Assembly: GCA_051362555.1 (NCBI GenBank)
Contig: CM120649.1
Coordinates: 4,340,001-4,404,000 of the forward strand
Reading direction: 5' to 3'
Source of the DNA: Lingula anatina
Taxonomy: Eukaryota > Animalia > Brachiopoda
Length of the DNA stretch: 64,000 nt
Both the position numbers and the translations under genes were made by a program. The notes below the pieces were generated by a model, which did not search any database, was not told where the DNA came from, and was given only the letters and a program-made list of their open reading frames with translations. Each line of letters opens with the position of its first letter. The first letter of the stretch is position 1. Below are positions 61,556 to 64,000 of this stretch, one piece after another.

Positions 61556-64000
61556 ACTACTTGCTGCCCTTTCAAGTCAGTCGTCTACTATTGCTGGGTA
61601 AGAATTTAAAAAGAAAATATGCTGGGTGGGTGGGATCCACCGTACGTAACTCGTTAATGTTGTGTAAGTTTTAGCTATTAAGATATAATGCAGCTCATCA
61701 ATGTCACTCTTAATTTTCTGAAAGAGAGATTTGCACATCCTAGATGCAGTGATTTATAATGTGACTTAGTTTTTGAAGAGCAGGACATTGGCATATGATT
61801 AGTTGCGATACAGATAAGAGTACCGCGCGACGGGAAGGATCTTAAAGCTCGCTGTAATTCCGATAAGCATGACATGCACGTATATGACACAGAACATGAT
61901 GAAGCTGGCATGCAGTGGATTTGACGCTCTAGTTGTCAAACTACAATTAAGACAATCAATTGCATTTATGTAGGAAATTGTTTGTTTCTAGTGGTGGTAA
62001 TAACTTTGTTAATAATACATCAACGTTTTGTTTATAGGAAATAGTCTTAGTTTGGATCTTGTGTCTGCACATTTTGACCTCAAGCAGTTGCCCAAGGTAA
62101 GGTGATAACAGATGTCCAGGGTTATAAAATGCCTTAGCTGGTGTGTATCTAGGCACACACATTTATTCTTATGAAATATGTTTTTGGGAATTATTTCTAT
62201 CGAGCTGCTTCAGTGAGAAGTCGTTCAGCTTTTTAGCTGCGGAGATATTTACCCGCCGTTTTAGCAGCTACACTGTATTATTACTTATGTTTCTTTATTT
62301 TTATTTGTACATGTTCTTCCTGGGATATGGATTTGTAGTTGCTCATAATAATTTTAGTTACACATAGGATTCAGATATCATGTTAGATGTTGTTAATCAT
62401 TCCAATATTTTCACAAGCACTCCTCGGTTGGCAGGGATGTGAGCTTCTCTCACATCTTATGGCCTTTTATTTTTATTTGTGTCAACTTTTTGCTCCTATA
62501 GCTGTTGTGATTTCTCAAATTTTTCTTGATTAATCTTTGTTATACTCATTAACATATTTCATTACTTTTATATTACGCCACTTAAATAATTTGGGGGATG
62601 TTATATTATCTCCCCAGTTTTGTAACTTTGTATCTTATTAGTTTTCGACATTAATAAATGACAATTTTCAGTCATATGGACTTATCTTACTTACTTTGGA
62701 GCAAAAACAGAGCTTCGTTGTGCTTGTGAACATTTGGCTACTTAAAGAAGAACTTTCCTATTAATGTTTGACAACAAGCTACAAGACCAGGGCCGTAGCC
62801 TCCGGGGGGGCAGCTGCCCCCCCCCCCCCGGGATTTGAGGTGCAAAAAAAAAATAATAATCGCAAAGGTAAAAATTGCAAAGTTGGTATCATTTTCTGCG
62901 AAAATGCACCAGAATGCAGTATTATACATACAGTTTTAAAAAATTTTCCACAACCCCCTCCCACACCCTCCCCCCTCGGGGGCTTAGCCCCCTCGTGTCC
63001 GCTTACTGCCCCCCCCTGGCATTTTGCTCAGGCTACGTCCCTGAAGACTGATGCTCATTTACACTTCAGGTACATATTGATGTTAGGGAACTATAAGTAA
63101 TCCGTCTTTGCCCACGCCCCGCTATGCCTTATATTATCTTATCAATTGACCTTGTCATTTGACGTGGGTTTAAGACACGATGACAAACTGATAGCTCTAG
63201 TCCAAATGAAGTTATTTATGGTAGACGTCCTTAGTTCACATACACTTGTGTCTGGTGCGCAGACATATTAGGGGCAAGTAAAAGGGCGTTTGAAAGTCAT
63301 TGGTTGTACAGAGAGGTAAGTTTATTATATATGTGTAGTACATTAAAGGGAAATATAACTGTGGATCCACCGAACTAGACGGTCAACAGTTTACTCAGAT
63401 TTGTATAATACTGGCATTCTTATTTGATCTAAATTAATCATGATAAATGATTTTGACATTCAGGGAGGTTTTTTTTTTCTTTCCTTTTGATAAGTGCTTG
63501 TTTCGATCAATGAAAGACCTTTTTTTGTTTTATTTGAATTAGCGTTAATTCACACAAAGTAATTGTGGCTCAAAAATAATTTATTCACAATATACTTAAC
63601 ATATATCTACACTTACCTATAATATGTTCTGGAATGGAGCCTTAATTTAACGGCGGGTGAGAGGGTGGGAGGAGACTGACCACTCACTGGTCACCTGCGT
63701 CTTGTTAATAGGTCGGTGTTAAGATATATATATATGTAGGTACCATTGTAGTACATGTAGAAAACAAATCAATTCTCATTAACTGCCATTAATATAACAA
63801 TAAAATGATTGCGACTGTTTTGATATGTTGCTTTCATGTATAATTGGAAAACCAACGAAAATACAGTCAATTGTAAAAAGAAAAAAGATGGAAAATAAAT
63901 GTAAGGGATATACATTATGTAATTTTTGTCCTGAATTAATTTCAGAGCTCTATGGTCAGTGTGTCTAAATTTATATATTCTGACCACTGAGAAGCCATAC
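61556..64000 (+). repeat. Second copy of the intergenic duplication segment 49791-51147, with two extra insertions
   Basis: Collinear with 49791-51147 except for extra blocks at about 61941-62745 and 62788-63043. Confidence 0.88.
62788..63043. mobile_element. hAT-like MITE with a 5-bp target-site duplication (AAGAC)
   Basis: TIR cagggccgtagcc / ggctacgtccctg; AAGAC on both sides. The paralogous empty site near 50213 (cacaagactgatcc) has one AAGAC. Confidence 0.85.

Overview
AT-rich, intron-rich eukaryotic DNA from an invertebrate animal; not prokaryotic, and the exact taxon cannot be fixed from this window. It contains: (1) a Harbinger/ISL2EU-type DDE transposase exon on the minus strand at the left end; (2) a complete 15-exon long-chain acyl-CoA synthetase of the ACSL3/4 type (CDS 4106-14689, 711 aa by my hand splicing); (3) a candidate 2-exon orphan gene for a 177-aa Arg/Pro-rich protein (18839-19895); (4) a tandem array of four clan-2, CYP17-like cytochrome P450 genes on the + strand. 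Three copies are intact with 11 exons. The fourth has lost exon 4, so its spliced frame reaches a stop immediately. Duplicated flanking DNA predicts a fifth copy just beyond the window. There are also many DNA-transposon relics: PIF/Harbinger MITEs with TWA target duplications, hAT-like and piggyBac-like MITEs, a decayed Tc1 and a LINE 3' fragment. Most notable: all four P450s lack the conserved I-helix acidic residue, each with a different replacement; short tandem duplications repeatedly straddle splice sites, one creating a possible in-frame cassette exon in ACSL; P450 exon 1 shows signs of gene conversion; and ACSL has a candidate 9-nt microexon. All gene models are manual splice reconstructions without expression data.
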